A stretch of DNA of 64,000 nucleotides, from the NCBI RefSeq assembly GCF_009914755.1, contig NC_060935.1, one strand, 5' to 3'. The translations under genes and the position numbers were made by a program. How positions within the stretch are numbered: the first letter of the stretch is position 1; every line of letters starts with the position of its first letter. Source of the stretch: the human T2T-CHM13v2.0 reference genome, Homo sapiens. This document shows, in pieces, positions 1-19,690 of the stretch. Below the pieces are notes generated by a model. It saw only the letters and a list, made by a program, of their open reading frames with translations. It had not been told where the DNA came from and did not search any database.

Positions 1-513
1 CACTGATGGAAAAGAAGTTCAGTATTTCTGGTCCAGCCCAGTAAGCTGCTCCCATTGCCCAGCCTTCCACACCCCTGCAGACGTCACAATCCCTGAACCC
101 ACTAACCTGACAAGGGAGCTATGCATCACCTGGAGACAGTCCTAGGCCTGCACTCCTGTGATGGGGTCCAGGGTCTGTGTCCATTTCTGGTTAAAATTGC
201 TGTAAGGCTGGTGGCTGTCTTGGCCTTCCCTGCTTCCTTTCTGTTCTCTTCTCCCCTCCTCACCCCATGTGAAGTTTTTACTCAGGAGATGGATTCTCAC
301 CCCTCTTGGAACATCAAGGATAGTGCCAGAACACTGCACCATCCCCTTGACCCTGGGATTCTGTAGACCTCAGTCTTCTCCTGAGGTCCCCTCCCTCCCT
401 ACCTCATTTTTTTCCATACTTCTGGGGCCTGGGCCTGCTACACCTCAGGCTTCCTCTTCACAGTAACAGAGTGAGGGAGCCCCCTTCATCCTTGGGCTCT
501 GGCCACAGCTCAC

Positions 514-577
514 CTGCTGCAGGACACTCAGCAGCTTTCAGTAGTTCATCCAGACATCCAGTTGGAAGTGGGATTTC
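514..577 (-). ncRNA. Putative internal exon (64 nt) of a minus-strand non-coding transcript (FAM66/ALG1L9P-like)
   Basis: The minus strand reads ttcctgctttccttccag|GAAATCCC...CCTGCAGCAG|gtgagc, a strong polypyrimidine acceptor and a consensus donor. It lies downstream of the 6.3-6.9 kb CpG island on that strand. The family assignment rests on recalled locus context only. Confidence 0.45.
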
Positions 578-3500
578 CTGGAAGGAAAGCAGGAACCCAG
601 AATTACACTGAATTCTAACACCAGGGCCCAGATTCCCCTTCTGCATGGGACACTAAGCTGCAAACACTACATAGGCACTTAATGCTCAGCTGTCCTTCTA
701 ACATCTGGTCCAGTTGTGTCCCTCCTCCTTGGAATATCTCAGAAAATGTATCTCCACCTACAGTTGTTTGAAAGCATCATCCTATGTGATTCCAGACCAT
801 CAGGGGGTGCAATGGGTCCTCACCAGTATTTCCACTCTGCTTGGAAGACTTAGAAAATCCTGAGGCTGCTCAGAGGGTCAGATTCCCATCTCTGTGTTTC
901 TGTAAAACTTCAGTCTTCCCCAGACAAGTGAGGAGACAGAAAATGTCTAGTCTCTGGCACATCTTTTGCAAGCAATGGCGGCTCCCAGGAATCAAAACTA
1001 TCAACGAATATATTTTTGAGATTCTGGTCAAAAGAAGTCATCCTGCAATTTCAGGTAGGATGAAGTGGTTCTGTGGCTCCTGAGGTGATTTTGAAAAGAT
1101 CTTGACTCTCAGAAGGACCAAGGAGGACATTTCTGGCATTTCCAGACCAGGAAGAGTGACTGATGGACCTCCAGTGTTACTTGGAAAACTTTTTGTCGGA
1201 CAGCTTTGTAATAAGAGGATCTTGCTTTGGCTTTCAGGCCTTCACATAGGTTGTTTAGATCATGGAAGTGTTTCTGCATTTCTGCATAGGCTCAGGATGC
1301 CTTCTCAAGTCGTCCCTGCAATTATGAGACAGTTGCTTTCTCCAGAGGTCACTTAGAATAATACAAGAGGCTTCACTCTCAAAGGGACACCAGACAATAT
1401 AGCCACAGTCCAGCCACGATTATCTGTATTTACATACCTGTAAAGTAACACTCCTAGTTATCTCCATTAACTTGGACATCTTTCATGAATAGGGAAACTC
1501 TAGTGATTGTTATATAACAGCTGCCACAAAAATTAATCAATAAAAAGAAATGATAAATGAAAAATAATTAATAATCATGATAATGAATTCAATGACCTAA
1601 ATAGTATGAATTTTAATACTGGTGACAATATAAACATAAGGATACAAAAATTAATGTGGAGCTTCCCCTAAATATATGAAAACTTCACAAATTGTGTCCT
1701 CCTTGTGTAATTTGGAGTCAGAGTCAAAGAATTTCTCTATGAAATGTGTTCCATGATGGCAAACATCAAAAACAGCAGGTGAAAGAAAAGCAAGCCGCAG
1801 GAGACCATGGGCTAATATGAACATTTGTGTGCAAACCTCTCTCATCAAGAACTACCAGCCAGAGGTGAAGGGACTGTGATTTGTGTCCTGCCCACCACTG
1901 GGCACACAAAAGCTTTCAGTAGTGCAACCAGATGGCTGGTTTGGCCTGGCTCCCTGCAAGGAAGACACGTCTCTGATCCCCACCAGCCCATCAGTCCTGG
2001 AACTCAGAATCCTACATGCAGTAAACATGAAGCTCCAACTCCATAGCTGACTTTACCTCCTTACTGTCCTTCTGCCATCTGGTGTTGCAGGTGCTCTCCA
2101 GATCTGGACTTCTTGGCTCCCTTACCTTTACCAAGTGAATTCAGGATGTATCATTCTCAGTCTTCTCCTGCCAGTCCAAAGTGAAACTCACCAATACAGG
2201 CATACCCTGGATGGGCTTCCTTGGAATATTTAGAAAACAATGAGCTTGCTCGGGGGTGGTGTGAGTTCTAGGAGTAGAGTTACAGCCTCCCATGGAAACC
2301 TGAGAGGACTTAGAATATTCCCAAAGGCCTAAGCAGTCCAATCTGTCCTGGAAACATCAGGAATGATATACTGGGTCTTCCTGAGGCTCCAAAATTTTTC
2401 TAAATAAACTCAGAGGTTACAGAACCATTTTTCTCTTGGGAACTGAAGTGGAGTTATTTGCCTTCTGCCAGCATCTCACTTTTTTTTTCTCTAAGTTAGC
2501 TTTTGAGCCCAGAAGTAGATATTCCTTGTATTTGATTTACACAGGGAGCTTCCTAGAATGCCCGTGCCTCTGGATATTTTCTGCATTCACTCAGGTATCG
2601 ACAAAATGCTGCAGTTCTACTGAAAATCTCTGAGATGACCATTTGATCACCTGAGTAACTTTAGAATGTGTCTTCTATGGAAGCCCTGGAGCCTCCCTTC
2701 TGGTATTTCATACATTGCTGGTACCAAGTACCCAGGGTAATACCCTCCGTCAGACATTGTTGGCAATTCCAGTATGGAGATGACACTAACGTGATGGGGC
2801 TCAAGAATCAGATGGTAGAAGACCAGCTGGGAGGTGAAGTCTCAGTAGGCTAGGGGCTTAATGTTCGATGCACACCAGACTTCTGAGACTCAGGAGGCGG
2901 GTGTGGATCTGTCTGCCCAGTGCCTCTCATTTACAGCCTGGACACGCTATTTCTTGAGGTGAACTACTGAAGGCTTTTGTACGACGTGTGTCAGGCAAGA
3001 CTCTGGCCAGACCCTTTGCCATAGTCCATTTGTAATGTATTTCCACATGGCACAGGTATCTCCACTTTTGCCTATGCTCTCATGTGGCTCAGAATTATTC
3101 TCCCTACTGCCACTCTTCTTTGCCAACACAGAAGATATTTCAAGATGTAGCCCTAAGCTTCTCCATCTAATCAATAACATGAGGGCTCATATGGGAACAT
3201 TGTCACAGGCTTACAGGAATATGTTCTTAAATATCTGCATTTTTATTACTCTCTTCATTAAATTGACATTTATATCATCACCATTATGATTGTTATTAAT
3301 GTTATTATTATATTGGTACAGTTCTTTATCATGGATACATTTTTGGTCGTTTTTATGCAATGTTGAATAATTTTTTTATGTTCCTGAAGACTGTTGAATT
3401 TGCTGAAGATGATTAAAAGACAACCTTAAAACATAAATACCACAGCAACCCCAGGACTCCTACTGTACTGCCTGGTGTCCTGTAGAAGAATGGGCTTCCT

Positions 3501-3850
3501 GAATTATTCTTTTATTTTTCAGGCAAGTACCTATTCATACCAGCATAGGAGACTGATGAAGTGCACCCTCATCTTGTCATGGGCTCAGAAAGAATTCGTA
3601 CATATGCTTTATGTGATAGCAACTCTATGTGTAGGCCTGTGAGCCCTAGAATGCACTTTCTTTCAGCAACTAGTCCACCTAACAGTTTTCTAAGTCAAAT
3701 CCCCTCTCCATGCTTGGATAGGTCATGAATAGCTTTCTGTTACCCACCTAAGATGAAGGGATATTGCTAAATCAGGTTTGTGGCCAAGAAACTTTTACCT
3801 GGAGTGGCAGGAGAGGGCCTACCTGTTCACCAGTGTCTGCAACACTTTCT

Positions 3851-4197
3851 TTTGTCTTCCTTTTTATTTATTTATTTATTTATTTATTTATTTTATTTTT
3901 ATTTTTATTTTATTTTTGAGATAGAGTCTCGCTCCGTCGCTCAGGCTGGAGTCCAGTGTCACGATCTTGGCTCACTGCAACCTCTGACTCCCAGGTTCAA
4001 GCGATTCTCCTGCCTCAGCCTCCTGAGTAGCTGGGATTACAGGTGTGTGTCACCACGCCCGGCTAATTTTTGTATTTTTAGTAGAGAGGGGGTTTCACCA
4101 TGTTAGTCAGACTGGTCTCAAACTCCTAACCTCATGATCCGCCTGCCTTGGCCTCCCAAAGTGCTGGGATTACAGGCATAAGCCACCGCACCTGGCC
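3851..4197 (-). mobile_element. Alu (AluS-like) with a (TTTA)n-derived tail
   Basis: Full antisense Alu; TSD tctgcaacaYtttct at 3836-3850 and 4198-4212. Confidence 0.95.
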
Positions 4198-6279
4198 TCT
4201 GCAACATTTTCTAAGTCAGTATAGAAGCTCTTTGAACCACCTTTTCAGTCAAAGAACTCATGAAAAAGTCTCCAAGAACTTGTGACCTTCTGGAAATTGT
4301 CAAAATCTCTACAGGTGTCCAGAGTCATCTAGATCCGTATTGCAAGCCACTGACTGGGTTCCACCATTATTAAAGCAAATGCAAAATATGCCATGCCCAC
4401 CAAAAAAAATCCAGAAGCCATGGTATTTAGCTGTTTCCATCTTTCTTGCCTCCTGCAGGTGTGAGAGTACTGAGTATCATGCCCTCCTACAGCCTCTGGA
4501 GGACATGCCAGTGCCTAGAGGTACCAGGAGAGAGGGGTCATGAAAGAGCAGATGACAGCCAGGTGGCTGGGAATGACATTGTCCTGGGGCTTATTGCTTG
4601 TCATGAACTCTGCCACTGGGCAACATGTGCAGGTGTGGACCCGTGCCTTCTCTGGATCCCTGCCCCATCAGCCAGCTGTCTTATCTCCTGAAAGCTGGTA
4701 GGTGTTGGTCAGCATGGTGTTCCAGGACCAGGGTTATATTAACATTCTCTCTTAGGCTGAAACACCAGAAGTTAACACAGGAGTCCCCAGGTGTGCACAT
4801 ACTAACCTCCAGATTGTTTTTCTTCTCGTTCTAGATGTTCATCCTTGCTTTTTGGGACTTGAAATAACCCTACACAGACAAATATTTATGCCTATTATCC
4901 ACTTATGGAAAACCTATATGTCCCAAGCCCATAGGGTTAGTATTATTATCAGTATTAAAACCATTAGTACTAGTATCATGATGATCATTATTCCTGTTAA
5001 TATCCATCAATATTTGTATTACTGCCATTGTTAATATGGATTTTTCATTATTGTACAGCAATGAATATAGTTTATCCATTCACAAATGGTGTTCAGTTAC
5101 CAAAGATGACTAAAAGGCATGTTCTACAGACATATACACACACAGCTGTCCTGGAGACACAGCTTTGCCACCAATTGCTCTTTCGTAAGATAGGATCCCC
5201 CAATACCCACTAGTTTTTCAGGACTCGACCTGAGCTAGCTCAACTAGACCTGGAAAAGTTTCCTATGCTCAAATGTACTTGGAAAAATTTAAAAGTCTCT
5301 TCAGAGGCCCAGTAATAGCTTTTGGCAGCTTCTAAGACCAGGGAGGGTTTCTTGGCCATTCAGAGCCATTCAAATATGCTAAGTAAACTCAAGGATCCAG
5401 AAACCCCACCTGCAGTCATGAAATACCAGTGAATGGCCTCTTTGAGTCTCTTCAAGGTTTTCAAAGATGACTGCCTGGGAAGGCTGACCAGGAAGTCACC
5501 CAAGCCCAACCTTCTGCAGGATGTTCTATGTCAGCCAGGGACCCAGTGAATTGCCATTGAACAGAAGGGAGGAACAGAAACAGCATGCCTGAGCTTCTGG
5601 AAACATTCTAAATGTCCTTGTTGGCCCAGCAAAGACTGGTACTACCATATGAGGCACAGACTTGGCAACCTACCTACTCCAGAAACCACAGAAGCTTTAA
5701 AGGTTCCCAGGAAGTCCCAGGAAGGGCAGCCACGGCCCTTTAGAGCCATCAGATTTTATTCTAAGTCTACGTGGGAGACAGTGCGCTTAGCTTCATAAAA
5801 ACACCAGTGGAGGTGCTAACACTTGCCCCAGTATCCAGTCTTTTCTACCTCATCTCAGAGCCAGGCAGCCACTATTTCCCAAAGCTGCTGTGCAATGAAA
5901 GGGGAATATTCTAAGTGCTCTCCTGTGCCCACGAAATTCTGTGGCTGCGCTGAAAGGTAGGAGTTGTCCTCCGGAATGCTCTTCAGAAATCTGACACTGG
6001 TCAAGATTAAAGAAGCTCAATTCAACGTCATACAAAACCAATCCCCCCCCCAAAAAAAAATGCATAGTAAGACAAAATGAACACACCTGCTAATAATCAT
6101 AAATGACAATAATAACAACAATGATGATCTTAGTGATAATGCCACCAACACTGTTAATGGCAATAACAATAAACCTGAGGTAATGAGTGTTAGGGTCCCG
6201 ATTCACCGATGTGAAGGATGGCGACAATTTCTGGCCTCACAGAAATAAAGGAAAAGTAAACACCTGGAGGAGGAGGAGG

Positions 6280-6890
6280 TGAACCTGGAGCTCCCGCCGG
6301 CCTCTGGGCGCTCCTTGGTGGAAGGAGAGGGACTTGGTCCTGAGCCTGCCCCGGATCTACCTACACCAGAACCCCGGAGTCCCCCCGAATGGGCTCAGTC
6401 CCACCCAGGCCAGACGCCCCAGAGCCCCGTAGCCCGGGTCCTCCAGCCCTCGCTGCCGCTGCTTCTCGCGGAGCCGGGCCCACCCCCCGCGCCACCTCAG
6501 CCTCTGCGGGGCTCTGGGAGGGCAGCGCCGAGGATGCTCCGGGCCCATCGACGGCATCCGGGCCCAGCTGGGGTATCCGGCCTCAGGCGGATACTGACGC
6601 CCTGAGGGCGCGGAATAGGGCGGCCTGCGCAGGGCCCGCCGTCTCGGGCCTTGCAAAAAGAGCGGCCTCTCCAACGCCCCTACCGGAACCTCCCCGGAGG
6701 CCCCAGCCCCAAAGCCAGGGCGATTGCGCCTCCCTAACTATGGGTGAAGAAAAATCAGGTCCTCCCTGGAGACCCGGCCCGCCGAGGGAGGCAGACTGCT
6801 CATGCGCCCTGCATGGCCGGAAAGATGGGTTTCATTGCCCTCTGCCGGCCATGAGGTGGCAGCACAGGACGTTTGGCCTTAGCGGTAGAC
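6280..6890. promoter_or_regulatory. CpG island, probable promoter of a minus-strand lncRNA
   Basis: Sharp GC- and CpG-rich non-repeat segment in an AT-rich background, with GC-box-like motifs (gggcgg). Confidence 0.75.
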
Positions 6891-9432
6891 CTGAGTCTGA
6901 ATCACTGAAATTCAGGTGTGGATTATTCAGTACTTTCCTTTTGGAAGATCAAATGGAAATTGAGTACGATATCTTGTGCTTTAATTAAAGAAGATGGAAA
7001 TAAAGAAGCAAATACAAAAATCAGTATACAAAAGTCGATTGATTCCCTCTATGTGGAGGGAAGACGAGCTTGAATAAGAGAAGCATTCTGTGTTACGCTT
7101 TAATAATGGCTGGAGATCTGCCACCATGCATTTGTCAAATCCCATAGAATTTCACAGCACAAATAGTACATCTTAATGTGGCTCAGGAGTACATATAATG
7201 TCAGCTACAGTTTGTGGGTAAATTACATATTTAATTAAATAGATTAAACAATAAATAATTATATGAGCTCTGTCTGCCTGGACACAGTCCTTGCCTCTCC
7301 AACCAGTTTGCCAAGGGCTTGAATTTCTTGCTCATTATCCTCACAGTTGACATAAACCCTGGCTGCAGAGTAAAATCAATCATTTGTGGAGTTTTTAAAG
7401 TATAATGATGTGTCAATTTCAACCATGGATAAGGCCATTTAGCCTTAGTAAGGCCGATCGTATTAAGATTGTGCCTGTTTGGCAAAATTTCAAGTCATCC
7501 CACTTGATATTCAGGAAACATTTTCTCTTGAGTTTTAGGTTCAGTGGTGAGGCTCCTTCACGGACAATACATTTTCCAATTCTGAGGACAAGGCAGAGGA
7601 GGGCCCCTCTGTGAGAACTTTCATTTTGCTTCGGGAAAAGTACATTGAATCAAATATAGGAAAGACTTGCAAGGTAGCTGACAGGTTCGGCTGTTTTATC
7701 ATGCTGGTGTTTTATCTTCTGGACTGCAGTAAAAGGAGCACAGCTGTGTCTATCTCTGTGTAATAACTCAGGACTTACCTGAATAAAATGTGGGGTGTTA
7801 TGAGATGAACTTCTACTTCCAGTTAGAGAGGCTCCAGGGACAAAATTTCAAGAGCCTTCTGAGGGATAGAAGAGAAGAGCTCCCTTATTCTCTGATCCCA
7901 GGTAACTGCTCAGAGACAGAGGAAAGGGCTGGGGACACCCAAATGCATATACTAAGTGTCTTTGATACAGCCTCCATTTCCCTGCTAAATCTATGCAATG
8001 ACACACTGAGAAATCTAGCAAGTGGGGCTGAAGATCCCTGGTGTGTCAACTCGAGGGTTGGATGGAAACAAGTGATTTTAGTGGACGTTGAAGTAAAGGG
8101 AGGTGAGCTGTGAGGAAAGAGCTGTTGAAGACTGGGGAGACTCAGAAGTTGGGGTAGAATCTCGACCAAGAATCTCACCCAAGGGGTGCAGATGCAAATC
8201 GATTTGTTAGGGCTGCATAAATGAAACAAGGGCTTTGCCAACATACTAAGTTTTTTCAACAACAGATTGTATTCTTTCAATATTTGTAAGTATTGATCTT
8301 TTGGAAAAGTTTAATGAGATTTCTTATATAATTCTGCATTCAATTTTTTCCCTGGTCACTTTGCTATTATGCATCTACATGCCACATTTTTATGAATAGA
8401 TATTTTCTCAAATTTCTGAATTATTTTGCTAAAGTATGTGTTAAGAGTTTTTTCTAGAGGTCCACCTTCTTGACTCACTTTTCTGATAAGAAATCTATCA
8501 GGTTTCTTCACAGTGATTTTCAAGTTTGATAGCTCCTCAATGTGAGAAACTTAGTGTCAACTAAGAAATGAATTACCACTAAAGAATTTTCTCCTTTCAA
8601 GATGCTAACCATGTTTTGTCCAGTGAGAAATCTCACATGTGCCACAAGTGTTGCTCTATGAAGAAAGGATTTCTCATGATTTTTCATTGCATAACTTCTC
8701 CAGTAAGACGTATTTGGTATTCCAAGAGAATTCATTGCCCTTGGAAAGACTTTCCCTTCTTATTTAGCTTATGAAGGCTTTCCTCTCTTATTTTCCATTT
8801 TAGCAGCATTTTATCACTGTGTTTTCTTGTGAACATCAGGCCTGGTGCTTGGCTGAATGTTTATTCACAGAAAATACAAATAAAGGGTTCATCCAAGTAA
8901 AGTTTTCTCATGTTATTTGACAATAAATTGCAAATAAAAACATTTTAACACTGAATGCAGAGTTAGAGATTCTCTACTTGAAAGTCCCACATGTTTTAAG
9001 TTAAAGCTGTTGCTGAAGACTTTTAGTTGATTATGTTGACAGTTTCAGCTCTCTCATGTCATTTATGCTCAGATCACTAACAAGTCTTTGGTACATACAT
9101 GTCATACAATTTCTCTTCCATATGAATTTATTGATGTGGACTGAAGAATAAAGGTAACTGAAGTATCTTCCATGTTGATTACAGTATTTCTTCAAAATGT
9201 TAGTCCTTTGGCATGTTCAGATGCTACAACTACAGCTGAAGTCTCTTCCACATTCCTTACCTTCGTCATTCCTAACACCGTGTCATCTAAAGTCAGAATA
9301 TGTTCTGAAGATGTTTATAATTTTCTCTCCAGCGTGAATTTTCTGATGTTATTTAAGATTAGTACATTGACTGAAGGCTTTCCCACATAAATGGCATTCA
9401 TATGGCTTTTCTCCAGTGTGTGTTCTCTCATG

Positions 9433-14397
<4,965 letters not shown>

Positions 14398-14988
14398 TGT
14401 CAGGAACTCAGTTTCTCTCTGTCTTCCTCTGGATTTCCACTTGCAGACACTTTAGGCACTAAGAAAAGCTGAGGTTGGAGAAAGAACATGTGAGACACCA
14501 GTCTTGTGCACAATTTTCAGATCAACCTGTGATGAAAAGCCAGACTTTCACTGAAGTGTGACACCAGCTGCACCACAGCCTAACCAACAGACACAAACAT
14601 GCAGAGGCTTCTCCTCTTTTCCTGTGGTCAAAATTAGGAAGCCTATGACTATGGTTGCTAACCAAGAAGGAACACAGATATCTCGTGAATGAGAACATCA
14701 AAAGCATGGAGTTTTGTATGTTAATTGGCACAAGTCCAGATATTCAATTCCCTCACTGATTTTAAAACACAGGGATCCCTGACTCCATCCACATGTGGAA
14801 TATGATTTCCACCTATAGATAAACACTGGGATTTCTCAGATTTTATTCTCCTAGCTTTATGCCCTAGCCGTGTTTCTCCAACACCCACCACAGCCTCCTG
14901 AAGACTTACTCCACTTTTACTTTCACTCAACTCTGACTTTTGTATTTCCCCTTGGAACTTGGAAATAATCAAGTAAGAATCTGTTCTA

Positions 14989-15284
<296 letters not shown>

Positions 15285-16774
15285 TCTGTTTTAGGATGGG
15301 GATAATCAATTGAGGGATTTATTTCACTTAGAGGGTAAACACTCCCATCCTGCTAATCTAGCCCTTAAAATCTCCTGCATCAGAAATTAACAGGAGTACC
15401 TTGAGTCTTGGTGTTTCTTTCCTGTGTATACAGTCACAATCCTCTAGGATGCTCAGAAAATACAAAATGACGTAGGGGTGGGAGAAATTTAGCAGCTCAA
15501 TCTGATATTTTACTAACGTGGTATCTAAAATTCTTGCAATCATGGTTTATATTAGTCTTTGTTAGTTGCAATATCTCTGATTATCATGATACATATTTGC
15601 TGAGAAATACTGATGTCCATGTACATATTCATACATAGATATGTAGGTATATAGGTGCATATGTTTATATGAATGTATGTGTTTGAGACAGGGGGAAACA
15701 TGCATGTATTATTTCCCTGCCAAAAATATAAAAATAATTAAATATATTTTATGTACAAATGATAATTATGTGTCATAAACAAAAAATTTACTGACCCATT
15801 TGTACACGAAGTCCAGGAAAAATAAAAGGGTAACTTTGTATTAATTGTGACATTGTGCTTACAGATGTACATATACATCCTTATTTAACCCTCATAATAA
15901 CCCTGCTGGTTACAGTTTATTTACAAATTTAATAAATGATCAACAGAGTTTGAAAAATATGACAAAATTACAAAATTAGAAAATGACCCAGCAATATTTT
16001 TAATTATATTCTGCCTGTCACTGCCTCTTCTTGCTTTTTGACAAAATTACTCCCCTAACCAAGGTTCTCTAAGATTCTGGGGACTCCAGTATTTAGACCC
16101 CAGTTCCCAAACATCATTGTGTCTATTTTTACTGCCACATTTAACGCACATTTACAGACTTCAACAAGCACTTTTCAATATCAACTTTTTTCTTATTCCT
16201 TGGACTATTTTCTACATCTGTTCATCAGGACTCCAGTAACATATGACTCCATCTGCCTGTCCGTTCCATGAATGTACCTGACAGTACATGTATTATGTAG
16301 TCTATAATTCAAGCAGAACAGATATTCCCTCAAAAAAATAAGATATTAGAGAAGGCCTACAAAGCTTCAGTGAAACCAGCTGTAACCCTTAATATTATTA
16401 CCATGTAAGCTCTTCCTCGAATATCAAAATAAGATTTGGGCTTTAGAGAATATTTATGTGTAATTATAACCCAAACATGGATGAAAAGTAATTTAACTGG
16501 TCATATACAGACTGTGCCAGGGACAAAAAAGGACAAATATTATAAGAAAGTTAAAGCATACTTATTTCATAAAGGACTCTTGTGTGGAATCTATAAAAAC
16601 TATTTCAAGATGTAGAGATTAAATATATTTTAAAACACATACATACACAAGCAATCTTTAGGAGAAACTTTTAGAAACTTATGTTATGGGTATAAAATTT
16701 TCATTAATTCATGGAAAAAAATGTATTGACAAACTTTTCACCAGAGCAGGAATAACAACTTATGTATTTGGTGA

Positions 16775-17152
<378 letters not shown>

Positions 17153-17599
17153 TGAGGAAGGAGCCATTCTGCATCCTCAATATTACCTTAATATTTTAAG
17201 GGCAACCGTAAAAATTAAGAGGCCTACTTGTGACTTCCTAGCCCTTTCACGGCTATTTAGACACACCTTAGTGAAGTATTAGGAATGTATTATTAGGTCT
17301 CAAGTTCCTGGACAACAAAACCATGTTCTCCAACAGATCTTCAGTAAAAATAGCTGATGTCTATATTCTTTTGCCTGTCCTTTCCCTTCCTTTAATTCAG
17401 AACTGTAGTCTCGAAAAGTGCTATTATTTAGTAGATTCTCTCAATTGTCAACACCAGTGCTATACAATGTTGAATGACATCTCGAGTGCTAGGGAAACAG
17501 CAGCTGACATTCTAGCAATCAACAAATAGAAAAGCAAAGATCACCACAGAGTAAAAGAGAATAGATTTTTTTAAAGTATGAAACCAAAACGAATATATA

Positions 17600-17699
17600 T
17601 CAGATTACACTATAAATGGAAAATCCTATTATCTTGACGGGATTGCAAGTCAGATTACACTATAAATGGAAAATCCTATTATCTTGACAGGATTGCAAG
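17600..17699. repeat. 50-bp tandem duplication (2 copies, 1 mismatch)
   Basis: tcagattacactataaatggaaaatcctattatcttgacRggattgcaag occurs twice in tandem. Confidence 0.95.
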
Positions 17700-18154
17700 C
17701 CTCTCATGGCTTCCAACATCCAATATATTGAAAGCAGTTCAGGAATGGTGAAAGTGGAATGGAATTTAAAATTATTCTAAGGTTTTATGTGTGAAAGCAC
17801 CATGCCCTGAAACAAAATATTTATTTTTAAAGTTCATAATGAACACTGCATACAAAGTTTGTGTAACAGGAGAGAAGAAAAATCTCACATTTTAAAAAAA
17901 GGAATATGCAACATATTTACATACAATAAAATAAAATTAAATTAAAATACAGCAATAGAAGACAGAATCTAACATCTGAAAATCAAGGGAGAAATCTATT
18001 TTAAATAAACTTGGCGCAATTTTTAAAGTACGTTATGAAAAACAATAATACCTGAATATAGTACGTAAAAGTACCAATACAATAAAGCTAAAACAATATC
18101 CATGGAAAAATTATTTGCTGTACATTATTTTAAAAAAATAATCTAAGTACTTAC

Positions 18155-18199
18155 CTCAATAAGGTAAATGAATGAAATTTAAAAATTGCTTGAGAAAAT
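18155..18199 (-). other. Putative 45-nt non-coding 5' exon of ZNF705
   Basis: The minus strand reads atttcccttcag|ATTTTCTC...ATTGAG|gtaagta, with a consensus donor. Confidence 0.45.
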
Positions 18200-18281
18200 C
18201 TGAAGGGAAATGAATATAGAGAAGAAGAATATAATTTAACTATAAACCACACAAATAGAATTTAAAAATAAGTGGTAGCCA

Positions 18282-18493
18282 ACATGCCCGACACGATTTT
18301 CTGTGATGAAAGAAATTCTCTATATCTGCATTGTCCAATGCAGTAACTACCACACATATGCAGTTACAGAATTTCTAGTTTGGCCACGACTTTGGCTATT
18401 ACTACTAAGGATATGCCATTTAGTTATTTAATTATAATTAAATTACAGTTTATAGTCACATGTGACTAGTAGTTACTATATTGGCCAATGCAG
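18282..18493. mobile_element. MER3-like hAT-Charlie DNA transposon remnant
   Basis: ttctgtgatgaaagaaattctctatatctgcattgtccaat ... atagtcacatgtgactagtagttactatattggccaatgcag. Confidence 0.65.
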
Positions 18494-18672
18494 ATCTAGA
18501 ATCTTGGAGGAGGCAGTTAAAATAATGAGATATGGTCAAAACAGAAATGGAAAAGGCACACAAATAGTGAACACAGAATATGAGAATGGGAAGTAACAAT
18601 TCACACAATAAAATGTAATAATGAGATGCTGCCTTGATGGGACAAATGTCTAATGATATACAAGGCTTGTCT

Positions 18673-19348
18673 TGTTACAGGTAGAAGAGCTTGAGCAGGG
18701 CAGGAGAGGGCTCTTCCCCTACCCACTAGAAATGTCAGGTGATGGCCTGTCAGTTATCACATTGCCTCTCTAAAAATGATAATTAGGCAGCACCAGAGAG
18801 AGGCCATTTCCTGATGGTCTACACCTGTTAACATCAAAAATGTGAATTAAATGCAGACCCCAGGAAGAAGCAACTTCTTGGGCATGCATGTGAAGAGACA
18901 AAAATGGCAAAGCATAATCTGGGGGCACACTCCACCGGAAAAGGAAAGAAAGCTTCAGATGGACATGCATATAACTCCCTAAACACACCGTGCATGCTCA
19001 ATTTCAAAGGGTAAGGAAAGCACTGTGCATGCTGGAAACTCTCCCTAAAGGAAGAATCATGGGAAAGAGGCAAACCCGTCGCAGGATCAAGGTTAAAGGC
19101 TCTTCTCTTTTCTTTCTTGGACCTTCAGGCATCTGCTCGGGTCTCTTCCAAGAGAATTTTCCTCTCCTTCCTGTTCTAAAGCCTTTTTAAATAAACTTCC
19201 ACTCCTGCTCTGAAACTTACTGCTCAGTCTCTTTTTCCGCTGTATGCCCTTCAGTCGAATTCTTTCTTCTGAGGAGGCAAGGACTGAAGTTGCTTATGGA
19301 CCCATGCAGATATGCTGCCAGTAACTGGAATCTCTTCTACTGGTAACA
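18673..19348 (+). mobile_element. Solo ERV1 LTR, MER50-like
   Basis: TGTTA...TAACA termini, gagcagggcaggagagggc 5' motif, AATAAA near 19190. Confidence 0.75.
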
Positions 19349-19441
19349 GTATCATTGTAAGGGAATGAGGCCAGTTCACATCTCAGTGCTTGGAGAACTC
19401 ACCAGAAATAAAAAGCTGGAGGATGCAGTGAACTTATCTAC

Positions 19442-19690
19442 CTTCCAAGGCAAGTCTCACAAGCAAGCAGCAAGACTCTCTTTCCCCAAGGTCTTAAACT
19501 CTTCAGATGCTCCTTCTCTGGGAAAATGCATCCTCTGATTGGCTTCCCCTTATATATGAAAAAAATAATTAATAAACCTAATCACCACTACATTCCAAGA
19601 GACATGTCCTGATTGCACAGACACTGAATCTAATCAAAAACTTCATTCTGGAGACACTCCCTGTTCAATTTGATTGGATTTTTGAGACTA
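19442..19690 (-). promoter_or_regulatory. Putative distal ZNF705 promoter and first exon
   Basis: Minus-strand TATATAAG at about 19549-19556, a donor AAG|gtagat ending an exon at 19442, and three 10/11 matches to TAAYYYAATCA upstream. Confidence 0.4.

Noticed and set aside
6279-6988. 199-, 108- and 105-aa Pro/Ala/Arg-rich ORFs
   Set aside because: Stop-poor CpG island with low-complexity translations and no recognisable domain
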